Positions 54,774 to 63,050 are shown, counted from the stretch's first letter. The stretch: DNA of 64,000 nt from Candidatus Caccovivens sp. (GCA_045650745.1 JAZRRN010000041.1:17507-81506), one strand, 5' to 3'. Numbers and translations are program-made. The notes: generated from the letters alone by a model not told the origin.

Positions 54774-56057
54774 CTAAGGTGTGATTCTGTCTGGTCCTCT
54801 AAACACAAACATTGATTCTTTGATGTTTGCAAGTTCGAGCAAGTTCATTGTGATTCTGTCAAGGCCAAGTCCAAAACCACCGTGTGGTTGACAGCCGTAT
54901 TTGAAGAATTGCAAATAGAACTCAACATCTTTGTCCAATCCTTTTTCTTCTGCTTGTGCTTTCAAAACATCATATCTATGTTCTCTTTGAGCACCTGTTG
55001 TGATTTCAACACCCTTCCAAATAAGGTCGTATCCTTGTGGGATTCCGTCTTTTCTCAAATGGTAGAATGCTCTCTTTCTTGGGCCATAATCTGTCACAAA
55101 AACAAATTCGTGTCCATATACTTCTTGTGCAAATTGTGCACAAAGTTTTTCTGCTTCTGTTGTCAAGTCGTCTTGTTCTTCAGCAGGAACTTTAAGTCCA
55201 TATCTCTTTTCAAGTTCGGCATACAAATCTGCAAGCTTAACCCTTGGGAATGGCAAACTTGGCACAACAACTTCAACACCAAAAACTTCTTTAATTTGTT
55301 CGCCATATTTTTCTTTTACTGCTTTGAGTGCATAAGTGAGAAGTTCTTCTTCAAGCACCATAACATCTTCAAAACTTTCAATACCTGTAAATTCAAGGTC
55401 GAAACCTGTAAATTCTGTTGCATGCTTTCTTGAGTGTGACTTTTCTGCACGGAAAACTGGGCCACATTCAAAAACTCTGCCCAAGCCACCACACATAGCC
55501 ATTTGTTTGTAGAATTGTGGGCTTTGTGCAAGGTAAGCAAGTCCATCAAAGTATTTTACTTCAAACACTTCTGAGCCTGATTCTGATGCTGTTGCAATAA
55601 GTTTTGGTGAGTGAATTTCGATAAAGTCTTTTTCAACCAAAAATTCTCTCATTGCATTTGCAAATGCAGTTTGCACCTTAAACAAAAGCAAGTTTTTTTC
55701 TTGTCTAAGGTCGAGCCATCTATAGTCAAGTCTTTGGTCAATGTTGCTTTCTGGTCCGATTGGCGAAACTTCAGCTGTGCTTGTGACAGTCACTACTTCG
55801 GCAAGCACTTCTTGACCTCCCATTTTTACATACTCGCTTTTTACGAGTTCGCCTTCAACAAGCACTGTAGCACCTGCAATCAAGTGTGAGAAAACTTCTC
55901 CCACCTCTGGATGTGCAACTTTGTCAACAGTAACTTGGATTTTGCCTGAAAAGTCTTTCAAAATGATAAATTGAATGTTCTTTTTGTCACGAACAACTTC
56001 AACCATACCTTGAAATCTTACTTTTCCGACTTCGAGTTTTGAAATTTGTGTAGTCAT
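54774..56057 (-). CDS. aspS: Aspartate--tRNA ligase, archaeal/eukaryal-type (short, 427 aa)
   Basis: FRAEKSHSRKHATEFTGFDLE, TGAQREHRYD and GGFGLGLDRITM. It lacks the bacterial GAD insertion, judging by length. Confidence 0.85.
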   Translation of the reverse strand: MTTQISKLEVGKVRFQGMVEVVRDKKNIQFIILKDFSGKIQVTVDKVAHPEVGEVFSHLIAGATVLVEGELVKSEYVKMGGQEVLAEVVTVTSTAEVSPIGPESNIDQRLDYRWLDLRQEKNLLLFKVQTAFANAMREFLVEKDFIEIHSPKLIATASESGSEVFEVKYFDGLAYLAQSPQFYKQMAMCGGLGRVFECGPVFRAEKSHSRKHATEFTGFDLEFTGIESFEDVMVLEEELLTYALKAVKEKYGEQIKEVFGVEVVVPSLPFPRVKLADLYAELEKRYGLKVPAEEQDDLTTEAEKLCAQFAQEVYGHEFVFVTDYGPRKRAFYHLRKDGIPQGYDLIWKGVEITTGAQREHRYDVLKAQAEEKGLDKDVEFYLQFFKYGCQPHGGFGLGLDRITMNLLELANIKESMFVFRGPDRITP

Positions 56058-56330
56058 AATCTTTCTCTCCTTTTATCTATATTGACATACTTGCAAAATT
56101 TGCATAAAAAAATCCTAATGCAAATTTGCATTAGGACGAATATTTCTTATCCGCGGTGCCACCTAATTTGTCGCTGTGCGACCTCTCTTTTGAAACTGAT
56201 TTGCTCAGTCAGGCACAAAACTGCTAAAGTTGTCATTCGCTTTGGAGAATTTGGCAAATCTCAGCCACTTTGCCTCTCTGTAAAACTCTTTGTCCTAGGC
56301 TACTATCTTCGTCATCGTTTTGATGTAAGC
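56058..56330 (-). promoter_or_regulatory. T-box riboswitch leader controlling aspS-asnS
   Basis: On the minus strand: 5' element CGATGACGAAGATAGTA, AG-bulge ACAGAGAGG, distal hairpin GGCAAA-GTGGCTGAGA-TTTGCC, and specifier region GCGAATGACAACTTT. The T-box sequence AAATTAGGTGGCACCGCGG is at 56169-56151. The terminator TCCTAATGCAAATTTGCATTAGGA + U7 is at 56136-56106. ATTAGG can pair with CCTAAT to form the antiterminator. Confidence 0.85.
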
Positions 56331-56359
56331 ATAATAACATTATCTGCACAAAATGTCAA
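56331..56359 (-). promoter_or_regulatory. Promoter of the T-box leader
   Basis: Minus strand TTGACA (56359-56354), 17-nt spacer, TATTAT (56336-56331). Confidence 0.6.
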
Positions 56360-56380
56360 CCCATCACAAAAACTTTCCAC

Positions 56381-56406
56381 AAAAAAAAGCATTGCTTTTG
56401 CAATGC
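56381..56406 (-). terminator. Terminator of the MBL-fold gene
   Basis: Minus strand GCAUUGC-aaaa-GCAAUGC + U8. Confidence 0.75.
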
Positions 56407-56414
56407 CTTTTGTT

Positions 56415-57587
56415 TTATGCTGTCGCTGGTGCCGCTTCCCAAACTCGATTTTGCTTAAACCACTCAGTTTCTTTCAAAATAGTGTTGTTGTTTGAGCAAA
56501 CAACATTGTATCCCTCTGTCGCAGAAAGGTAAACAATGTTTCCATTCATCGAAGCAAACTTGTTGTTTTTGTAATCAATGCACATTGTTGTTACATAAAC
56601 TTCTGTGCAATCAGTGTAAGCAACAATGTTTGAAATAAATTGTTGTGTTGGAAATTGATTTTCTTCTTTGTCAGTATATTCTGGACTTCCTGCACAACAG
56701 CAAACACAAATTGTTTTTGGATTTATAACTTCCAAAAGTGCTTGTGAAGAAGATGTTTTTGACCCATGGTGACCTGCTTTGTAAAGGTCCACTTCTGGCA
56801 AGTTGTTGAGAGAAACCAAATGTTCTTCCCCTTCTGCCTCCAAGTCGCCTGTAAACAAAAAGTTTTTGTCTCCATGTTTGATCATTGCACAAACAGAATT
56901 GTTGTTTTCATCTTTTGTGTCTACATTTTCGTAGAAATAACTGTTCAAGATTTCAAGCGTAACATTTGTGCCAACTTCAAACTCTCTTTGTGCTGTGCCT
57001 GTTGCATTTGTTGTGCCATTGACGCATTCAAGAGCAGTAAAATGTTTTGCACCATTTTCAATTTCGTCATTTCTTTCACGAAGATAGTTGTTGTATGTCT
57101 TTGTGCCAACTTTGTCAGCCGTAACGCCTGCAAAATCAATAATTGTTTCGCATTCGTAAAGGTCAAAAATGCTTTCAACTTTTGTGCTTGTTGCAAAACC
57201 AGCATAATGATCTGTGTGTGCATGAGTCACAATAACATATTCCAAAGTGCCATCTGTCACATATTGATCAAGATAGTTTGAAACCGTTGCAATGCTGTTT
57301 GTTTTTGATCCACAGTCAATCAAAATGTCACAAGTGTCAGTTTTGATGTATGTGCAATCGCCTGTGTATTTGTTGCCAAGCTCCAAGAAATGAACCGAAA
57401 CTTCAGCATCATCTGCCGACAAATCAATTTTGCTGTTCGAAGAATCACCATAAGAATAATAAACTTCGCCAACATGCACTTCGTCAGTCTCTGGCAATGT
57501 GAAATAAGTAAATCCTGCAAATCCACCAACAAGACCAACAAAAAGAGCTACAAGGCCAAAAATTTTTGATGCAACTTTTTTACTCAT
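56415..57587 (-). CDS. MBL-fold metallo-hydrolase, membrane-anchored/extracytoplasmic (ComEC C-terminal-domain-like)
   Basis: N-terminal TM, ILIDCG, and VTHAHTDHYAG (HxHxDH). ATG 57587 follows AAGGGGGTG and overlaps the upstream gene by 8 nt. Confidence 0.7.
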   Translation of the reverse strand: MSKKVASKIFGLVALFVGLVGGFAGFTYFTLPETDEVHVGEVYYSYGDSSNSKIDLSADDAEVSVHFLELGNKYTGDCTYIKTDTCDILIDCGSKTNSIATVSNYLDQYVTDGTLEYVIVTHAHTDHYAGFATSTKVESIFDLYECETIIDFAGVTADKVGTKTYNNYLRERNDEIENGAKHFTALECVNGTTNATGTAQREFEVGTNVTLEILNSYFYENVDTKDENNNSVCAMIKHGDKNFLFTGDLEAEGEEHLVSLNNLPEVDLYKAGHHGSKTSSSQALLEVINPKTICVCCCAGSPEYTDKEENQFPTQQFISNIVAYTDCTEVYVTTMCIDYKNNKFASMNGNIVYLSATEGYNVVCSNNNTILKETEWFKQNRVWEAAPATA

Positions 57588-58089
57588 TTGCATCACCCCC
57601 TTCACTTGGCTCTACAAATGTAATAAGTCTTACCTTTTCAACAGTAAAAATCTTGCCGTATTTCAAATCATTTGATTTGTATTTGATGTAATATGTGCCT
57701 TCTTCTTCGGCATAATATCTGCCTTGGTCGTCAACAAGCAAGTTTGTTTCAATCTCGACTGATGCAGACACATCTTTTCCAAACGAAACAATCTTTACCC
57801 CTTCGTCAACATATCTTTCATCTTCGCTGTCGAGTGCAAAAACAAGTTCTTCTTGTCCAACAATTTCAAAACAATCGTTTCTGCAAATCATCCAGCAAGA
57901 AAACACGCCCCCACCAAGCCCCAAAATCAGAAACGCAAACACCAAAATCCATGCTTTCGCTCCTGCACTCTTGACTGCTTTGACAGCTTTCTTTTGCTTG
58001 CTTTTTGAAACCTTGACATCATCAAGATCAACAGTTATGTTTGACTTTGCTTTTGTCGATGTCTTTGTCGCAGTTTTTTTAGTCGCCAT
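57580..58089 (-). CDS. Hypothetical single-pass membrane protein with Lys-rich N-terminus
   Basis: 169 aa with TM WILVFAFLILGLGGGVF. SD AAAGGAGAA. Translationally coupled to the MBL gene. Confidence 0.6.
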   Translation of the reverse strand: MATKKTATKTSTKAKSNITVDLDDVKVSKSKQKKAVKAVKSAGAKAWILVFAFLILGLGGGVFSCWMICRNDCFEIVGQEELVFALDSEDERYVDEGVKIVSFGKDVSASVEIETNLLVDDQGRYYAEEEGTYYIKYKSNDLKYGKIFTVEKVRLITFVEPSEGGDANE

Positions 58090-58178
58090 AAAACTTCTCC
58101 TTTTGTTTTTGAGATTATATCACATCTTATTGCTTTTTGAAAAAGAAAAACACAATCATATGATTGTGTTTTCAAAAA

Positions 58179-58685
58179 TTATTTTCCAGCTCCCATCACT
58201 TTTTCATGGTTTTTTTTTGCTTGTTCAAAAACTTTTGCTTCCAAAAGTCCTGCTTCTTCGCAGTCAGATGCATGCAAACCATTTTTTGTGATTTCTTCAT
58301 CTTTTCTTGCTTCTGTGCCAACAGGGTTAACAAAAATTGCTTCAAATTCTTCTGCTGTAAGAAGTTGTTTAAGTTCGTATCTCAATGTGCCAGGTTGTGG
58401 ATTTTTTGTAGATCCTTTAAGTGCATCAACAACTGCAATTGCATTTTCTCCAGAAACTATAAATCCGTATGCTTGACCACTTGTGATATAATCTTCCAAT
58501 CCTTGATAATATCCTCTGCCAACATGGGCAACATAGTGTTGTGCTGCCAATTCTTTTGTATAAAGAGCATAACCTTTGTTTACAATTTTCAAACCAGCGT
58601 TTTCAAGTGCTTCTGTAACAAACCTAACAAGTTTTGTGTGATTTGCAAAACCAGGTTTAATCATTACATAACTAATTTGTTCCAT
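58179..58685 (-). CDS. ndk: Nucleoside-diphosphate kinase with an internal insertion
   Basis: YVMIKPGF, QHYVAH...YITSG, NPQPGTLR and NGLHASD (catalytic His). Extra residues lie between the GTLR and HASD motifs. Confidence 0.7.
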   Translation of the reverse strand: MEQISYVMIKPGFANHTKLVRFVTEALENAGLKIVNKGYALYTKELAAQHYVAHVGRGYYQGLEDYITSGQAYGFIVSGENAIAVVDALKGSTKNPQPGTLRYELKQLLTAEEFEAIFVNPVGTEARKDEEITKNGLHASDCEEAGLLEAKVFEQAKKNHEKVMGAGK

Positions 58686-58776
58686 AAATTTCTCCTTTAA
58701 TTTAAATCAATACAATTCTATCACAAAATGGGGCATATAGTCAACATAAACCACCAAAACTGTTGTTTTAAGAGGT

Positions 58777-59676
58777 TTATTTCTTAACAAAAATTTGCAC
58801 ATGTTGTGGCAAAACTTCCACTTTGAAAGAGCCCTTAAATCCACTTTCGCCATCAAGGTTGATTGTTGTGCGATCTGGCACTTCAACTTCAAACTTGTTA
58901 AGTTTCAAGATTGTGCATCTCTTTGTTTGCATTTGCTTTTTGCCAATGCCAAACACAAAAATCTTTGCAATGCGCAAAAGCGAACGGAATGAAACACCTT
59001 TCTTTTCGGTATCGTTTACAAAAATCAAGTTTACATAACCATCATCGCATTGAGCCATTTTGTTGATCCTAAATCCAGCAACATATTTGCTGTTTGCAAC
59101 AATGCCAAGTGCATAAGTGCCTTTGATAACTTTGTCATCATATTTGATTGTTGTGCGAAAAGGTTTTGCACCAAACAATTCTTTGAAACCATATTTGAAA
59201 TATGCAAGACGACCAAATTTTTTCTTGGCAGATTGTGGTGCCAAATAACTTGTGCCGGTAAACACACCAAATGCACACACATAGATTGCATAACGATCGT
59301 TCACTTTAAAAACATCGTGATTGACATAGTGTCCATCTAAAATGATTTTCATTGCCTTCTTCAAGTTTTTTGGTATACCCAAAGAGTGCGCCAAATCGTT
59401 TGTTGTGCCTGTTGGGATATAGCCAATTTGTGGCCTGTTTGGCATGTCTGCAATCGCATTGATAACTTCGTTTACAGTGCCATCACCACCTGAAATAACA
59501 AGCACATCATAATATCCACATGCTTCTTTTGCATAAAGGCCAGCATCGCCTGCTTTTGTTGTTGCAAGGCATGCCACTTCTTCAAACTTTTTCATAAGGC
59601 AAGACAAAATATATTCTCTGTTGTTTGAGTTGTTTTGTTTGCCACTTGTTGGGTTGTATACATATAAACATTTCAT
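58777..59676 (-). CDS. Diacylglycerol/lipid kinase family protein (DagK/YegS-like)
   Basis: YVYNPTSGK and VISGGDGTVNEVINA. Confidence 0.8.
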   Translation of the reverse strand: MKCLYVYNPTSGKQNNSNNREYILSCLMKKFEEVACLATTKAGDAGLYAKEACGYYDVLVISGGDGTVNEVINAIADMPNRPQIGYIPTGTTNDLAHSLGIPKNLKKAMKIILDGHYVNHDVFKVNDRYAIYVCAFGVFTGTSYLAPQSAKKKFGRLAYFKYGFKELFGAKPFRTTIKYDDKVIKGTYALGIVANSKYVAGFRINKMAQCDDGYVNLIFVNDTEKKGVSFRSLLRIAKIFVFGIGKKQMQTKRCTILKLNKFEVEVPDRTTINLDGESGFKGSFKVEVLPQHVQIFVKK

Positions 59677-59682
59677 AAAAAT

Positions 59683-59693
59683 ATTATATCACA
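59683..59693 (-). promoter_or_regulatory. Extended -10 (TGTGATATAAT) 6 nt from the ATG: leaderless candidate
   Basis: Minus strand TGTGATATAAT-attttt-ATG(59676), with no SD. Confidence 0.5.
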
Positions 59694-59781
59694 TCTGCTC
59701 AAAAATGTAAAGATTATATTTTTCTTCCACCCCATTGAAATTTGTGTCCAAATATTTTATAATGGTTTTGTAGGAGATTTT

Positions 59782-60369
59782 ATGGAACATCAATTTGAAT
59801 CCTTGATCAAAAACATCAAGCAATACACAACTTCTGCAATTTTTGCAGTTGTGCACAATCCAAATCTAGGCAGAGATTTGTTGTATGTCTACACAAGGGG
59901 TGCAAGCAGAAAAATTTTGGTTTTCGACAAGACCGAAGACATAAAACCAATTGCAAAAATCCTTTACAACATAGGTCCACACGCAATCAACTTGTCATCA
60001 ATCGAAGTTGAAGAAGAATATCAACGAAACGGCATCGGCTCATCTTTGATGCAACTGATGCTTGCCCATGGCGACAGCCTTGGCGCAACCAACCTTTACG
60101 GCATGGCAAAACCAATCAACAACATCAAAGGCATCACAATCGTTGGCAAAGATTGCATGCAAGAGGAGTTTTGCGCAATCAAACAATTCTATTGTGCAAA
60201 TGGTTGCACATTTGATGCAGAAACCGACCCATACTCAGACGAATATGACTTTTCTCAATCTTGGCAAGGTGGCGAAAAGATAAAATCTGTTGATGACAGC
60301 CTTCTAGAATTTGCCTGCCTGATCCTTGCAAAAGAACCAACTCTCACACACAAGCCAAAAACATTCTAA
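59782..60369 (+). CDS. GNAT-like acetyltransferase (divergent)
   Basis: IEVEEEYQRNGIGSSLMQ resembles GNAT motif A. SD AGGAGA. Confidence 0.45.
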   Translation: MEHQFESLIKNIKQYTTSAIFAVVHNPNLGRDLLYVYTRGASRKILVFDKTEDIKPIAKILYNIGPHAINLSSIEVEEEYQRNGIGSSLMQLMLAHGDSLGATNLYGMAKPINNIKGITIVGKDCMQEEFCAIKQFYCANGCTFDAETDPYSDEYDFSQSWQGGEKIKSVDDSLLEFACLILAKEPTLTHKPKTF

Positions 60370-60370
60370 C

Positions 60371-60403
60371 AAAAAAAACAAGCATTTTATTGCTTGTTTT
60401 TTT
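60371..60403. terminator. Bidirectional terminator
   Basis: ACAAGCA-N6-TGCTTGT flanked by A8 and T6. The SDR stop codon lies in the loop. Confidence 0.7.
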
Positions 60404-61283
60404 CTATTGTCGCATACATGTTTTCGGCATAGTCGAAAATCTTTTTTCGCTCTTCTTCTGTGCAATCTTTCAACTTGCTTTGCTTTGGTTTGCCCCACAC
60501 ATCAAAGATTGAAGGTCCAATCCAATGGTTGTATTCGCATGGCATATAACACCCCTTAAAAATGCTCAAAATTGCCTGTTTTGGCTTTGGAAAAGCTATT
60601 TTAAGGACAAACTTCACGAGCCAGTTTATTGCCTTTGGATAGTGGTTTGAAATGTTTGTAAGGGTCACCCCTGGGTGCACAATTGAAAGTGCAACCTTGT
60701 CATTGTCCTTAAACAATTCGTGCAAAGCAAACATCAAAAACCTCTTTGAATTTCCGTAAGTTTTGCTGATTTGTTTGTATGTGGAAAAGTCGATATCTTT
60801 TTCATCAATCTTTGAGTTTTTGTGAGCAACACTGCCAATCGCAACAACCTTTGATCCCGGCTTTTTCTCCAATTCTGACATCAATTTCTTTGTCATATAA
60901 TATGGATACAAGAAGTTTATTTGAAAAACCATGTTATATCCACTGTCCAACTTTTTGAGAGGGACATTATACACCCCAGCATTGTGGATCAAAATGTCAA
61001 TGCCACCCAAAGTTTTGAGTTGTTCTATACACTTATCCACATTTTCAATCGAAGCAAGATTGAGTGAAACAACACTTGCCTCAAAGTTTGGATACTCTTT
61101 TTGGATTTCTTCAATAAGTTTCTTTGCACCTTCTTCTTCAAGCACAGGCATCACGACCTTTGCTTCAAATCTTGCAAAAAGGCGACAAAGTTGTGATCCA
61201 AGTCCACCATTTGCCCCAGTGATAACCACCGTTTTGCCTTTCAAACTTTTTCCATTTTTGTTTATCCATTTTTCAACATTCAT
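60387..61283 (-). CDS. SDR family oxidoreductase
   Basis: GKTVVITGANGGLGSQL (TGxxxGxG) and HNAGV. ATG 61283 follows GGAGAAAAA; the ORF track begins at TTG 61295. Confidence 0.8.
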   Translation of the reverse strand: MNVEKWINKNGKSLKGKTVVITGANGGLGSQLCRLFARFEAKVVMPVLEEEGAKKLIEEIQKEYPNFEASVVSLNLASIENVDKCIEQLKTLGGIDILIHNAGVYNVPLKKLDSGYNMVFQINFLYPYYMTKKLMSELEKKPGSKVVAIGSVAHKNSKIDEKDIDFSTYKQISKTYGNSKRFLMFALHELFKDNDKVALSIVHPGVTLTNISNHYPKAINWLVKFVLKIAFPKPKQAILSIFKGCYMPCEYNHWIGPSIFDVWGKPKQSKLKDCTEEERKKIFDYAENMYATIEKNKQ

Positions 61284-61453
61284 ATTTTTCTCCAATATAT
61301 TGCAAGTATATCACAAAACAAAAAAATAGAAAAATATATAACAAAAAAATTGCAAACTCTTGTTTATTTCCAAAACTCTCAACTCTGGCCATTTTGTTTG
61401 ACAAAAATGTCATCGTTTTGATAAACTTTATTCATAAAACAATGGAGAAACAA

Positions 61454-61903
61454 ATGAAAGATCGCTTTGAAATTTTTACAACTCAAATCGCAAAAATCAG
61501 CAGAAATATAAGAAAAATCAAAACAGAAGAAATGTTGAAATACAATCTCAAAAGTCCTCATGTTTCTTGTCTTTATTATTTGTATAAAAGCGAAGGAACT
61601 CTCACTTCAAAACAATTGTGCGAAGTGTGTGATGAGGACAAAGCGGCAATTTCAAGATCAATCGAATTTTTGAAAGAAAGGGGTTACATTGACTACAATC
61701 CTCAAAACGAAAAAAAATACAAATCCCCTATCACCCTAACCCAAAAAGGAGAGGAAGTTGCAAGTGAAGTTGCTGAAAAAATAGACAGCGTCCTCAAACT
61801 TGCAAGTGAAGGTCTCTCTGAAAAAAACAGACAAATTTTTTATCAATCACTTATTCTTATCAGCGACAATCTTCAAAAAATCAGTGACAGCAACAAAAAC
61901 TAA
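61454..61903 (+). CDS. MarR family transcriptional regulator (paralog 2)
   Basis: MKDRFEIFTTQIAKISRNIRKIKTEEM...SPHVSCLYYLYKSEGTLTSKQL aligns throughout with paralog 1. ATG 61454 follows GGAGAAACAA; ATG 61442 is also possible. Confidence 0.8.
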   Translation: MKDRFEIFTTQIAKISRNIRKIKTEEMLKYNLKSPHVSCLYYLYKSEGTLTSKQLCEVCDEDKAAISRSIEFLKERGYIDYNPQNEKKYKSPITLTQKGEEVASEVAEKIDSVLKLASEGLSEKNRQIFYQSLILISDNLQKISDSNKN

Positions 61904-61907
61904 CAAA

Positions 61908-61937
61908 AGAAACCACTTTGCTTGGTTTCTTTTTTTA
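61908..61937 (+). terminator. Terminator after marR paralog 2
   Basis: AGAAACCA-N7-TGGTTTCT + T7. Confidence 0.75.
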
Positions 61938-61971
61938 TTTCATAAATAAAAATTTGCAATCATATAATATT

Positions 61972-62025
61972 TTGTTGACACATCAACAAAATGTGCGTAT
62001 AATAACATTGTTGACAAAACAACAA
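61972..62025 (+). promoter_or_regulatory. Consensus promoter with two MarR-type palindromic operators in front of the membrane-protein gene
   Basis: TTGACA (61975-61980), 17-nt spacer, TATAAT (61998-62003). Palindromes TTGTTGA-CACA-TCAACAA (61972-61989) and TTGTTGA-CAAA-ACAACAA (62008-62025), with centres 36 bp apart. Confidence 0.65.
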
Positions 62026-62096
62026 AATCGGCTTTGCAAATCCTTTAATCTTTGCCTTGTTTGTTGAAAAGTCAATAGACTTAAAAGGAGGTAAAG

Positions 62097-62714
62097 ATGA
62101 ATTTTGTAAAAAAATGGATAAACTGCATCACAAGTTTTGTTGCTGGTGTGCTTGGTTTGGCATTGTCAGCTTGCAACGGAATGAGCGTCCTTGCACAAGT
62201 TGTTGCCCCAAATGATGCCCTCGCACCATACGGAATGTCACAAGAAAAAAATGTCAAGGCTTTCGAATTGATCACAGATTCAAGTTTGTATGCCGAAGCA
62301 AAAGCAAGTGGCACAGGCACAGAATTTGTAATTATGAAAGTTTTTGCAATCATTTTGATGGTTGTTTCAATTTTGCTTATTATCAACTCTGTTGTATTGT
62401 TGCTTAAAAATCTTAATGTCATCAAATGCAACAGCAGAATTTTTGACATTGTTTCGATTTCGTTGATTTCAGCATTTTTGTTGACAATTGTTGCAGTTTT
62501 GATTTCTGCAAATGTTTATGGCACAAAGACAGAAGATGTTACTCTTGCAGGTTTAAAAGGCACATACAGCGTTCTTATTCCTGAATATGCAACACTCTTC
62601 ACATATTCTGTTGTTGCTACACTTGGCATTTATCACTGGTTGATGCTTGCAATCGGAATCATTGCAACTGGTTTGTGTGTTACATTTACAGCACTCAAAC
62701 GCAAAAGTGCATAA
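62097..62714 (+). CDS. Hypothetical integral membrane protein
   Basis: 205 aa, at least four hydrophobic spans. SD AAAGGAGG. Confidence 0.65.
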   Translation: MNFVKKWINCITSFVAGVLGLALSACNGMSVLAQVVAPNDALAPYGMSQEKNVKAFELITDSSLYAEAKASGTGTEFVIMKVFAIILMVVSILLIINSVVLLLKNLNVIKCNSRIFDIVSISLISAFLLTIVAVLISANVYGTKTEDVTLAGLKGTYSVLIPEYATLFTYSVVATLGIYHWLMLAIGIIATGLCVTFTALKRKSA

Positions 62715-62737
62715 TATAAATTTACACTAAATCTTTT

Positions 62738-62774
62738 GACAAACAGTTTTTTGATGCTGTTTGTCTTTTTTTTT
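62738..62774 (+). terminator. Rho-independent terminator
   Basis: GACAAACAG-N10-CTGTTTGTC + T9. Confidence 0.8.
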
Positions 62775-62788
62775 GCAAAAACAAAGTG

Positions 62789-62817
62789 TTGACTTTTTAA
62801 TTTGTTTGTTCTACAAT
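62789..62817 (+). promoter_or_regulatory. Promoter of the leader upstream of the M20 peptidase
   Basis: TTGACT (62789-62794), 17-nt spacer, TACAAT (62812-62817). Confidence 0.55.
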
Positions 62818-62849
62818 GGCAATATCTTAAACAAAAGGAGAACAAATCT

Positions 62850-62885
62850 ATGTTTATCAATTATGTTTTGTGGCATCATAGCTAA
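62850..62885 (+). other. 11-codon mini-ORF (MFINYVLWHHS), candidate leader peptide
   Basis: AAAGGAGA lies 8 nt before ATG 62850; TAA at 62883-62885. The terminator hairpin starts 3 nt after the stop. Confidence 0.35.
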
Positions 62886-62887
62886 CT

Positions 62888-62927
62888 AGCATTCGCAAAA
62901 ACAAATGTGTTTTGTGAATGCTTTTTT
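62888..62927 (+). terminator. Intrinsic terminator in the leader (first of two)
   Basis: AGCATTCGCAAAAACA-aa-TGTGTTTTGTGAATGCT (one bulge, one G-U pair) + T6. Confidence 0.6.
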
Positions 62928-62983
62928 GCGCGTCACAAAACATATTGAAGGGATAAACATCGTGCATATATATCTTTTTATGG

Positions 62984-63029
62984 CCCGTTGGTATGTTTTG
63001 TAACAAAAACAATCAACGGGTCTTTTATT
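62984..63029 (+). terminator. Second terminator-like hairpin immediately before the M20 SD
   Basis: CCCGTTG...CAACGGG closing an extended imperfect stem, followed by TCTTTTATT. Confidence 0.45.
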
Positions 63030-63050
63030 GTCATAAAAGGAGAATTATAT

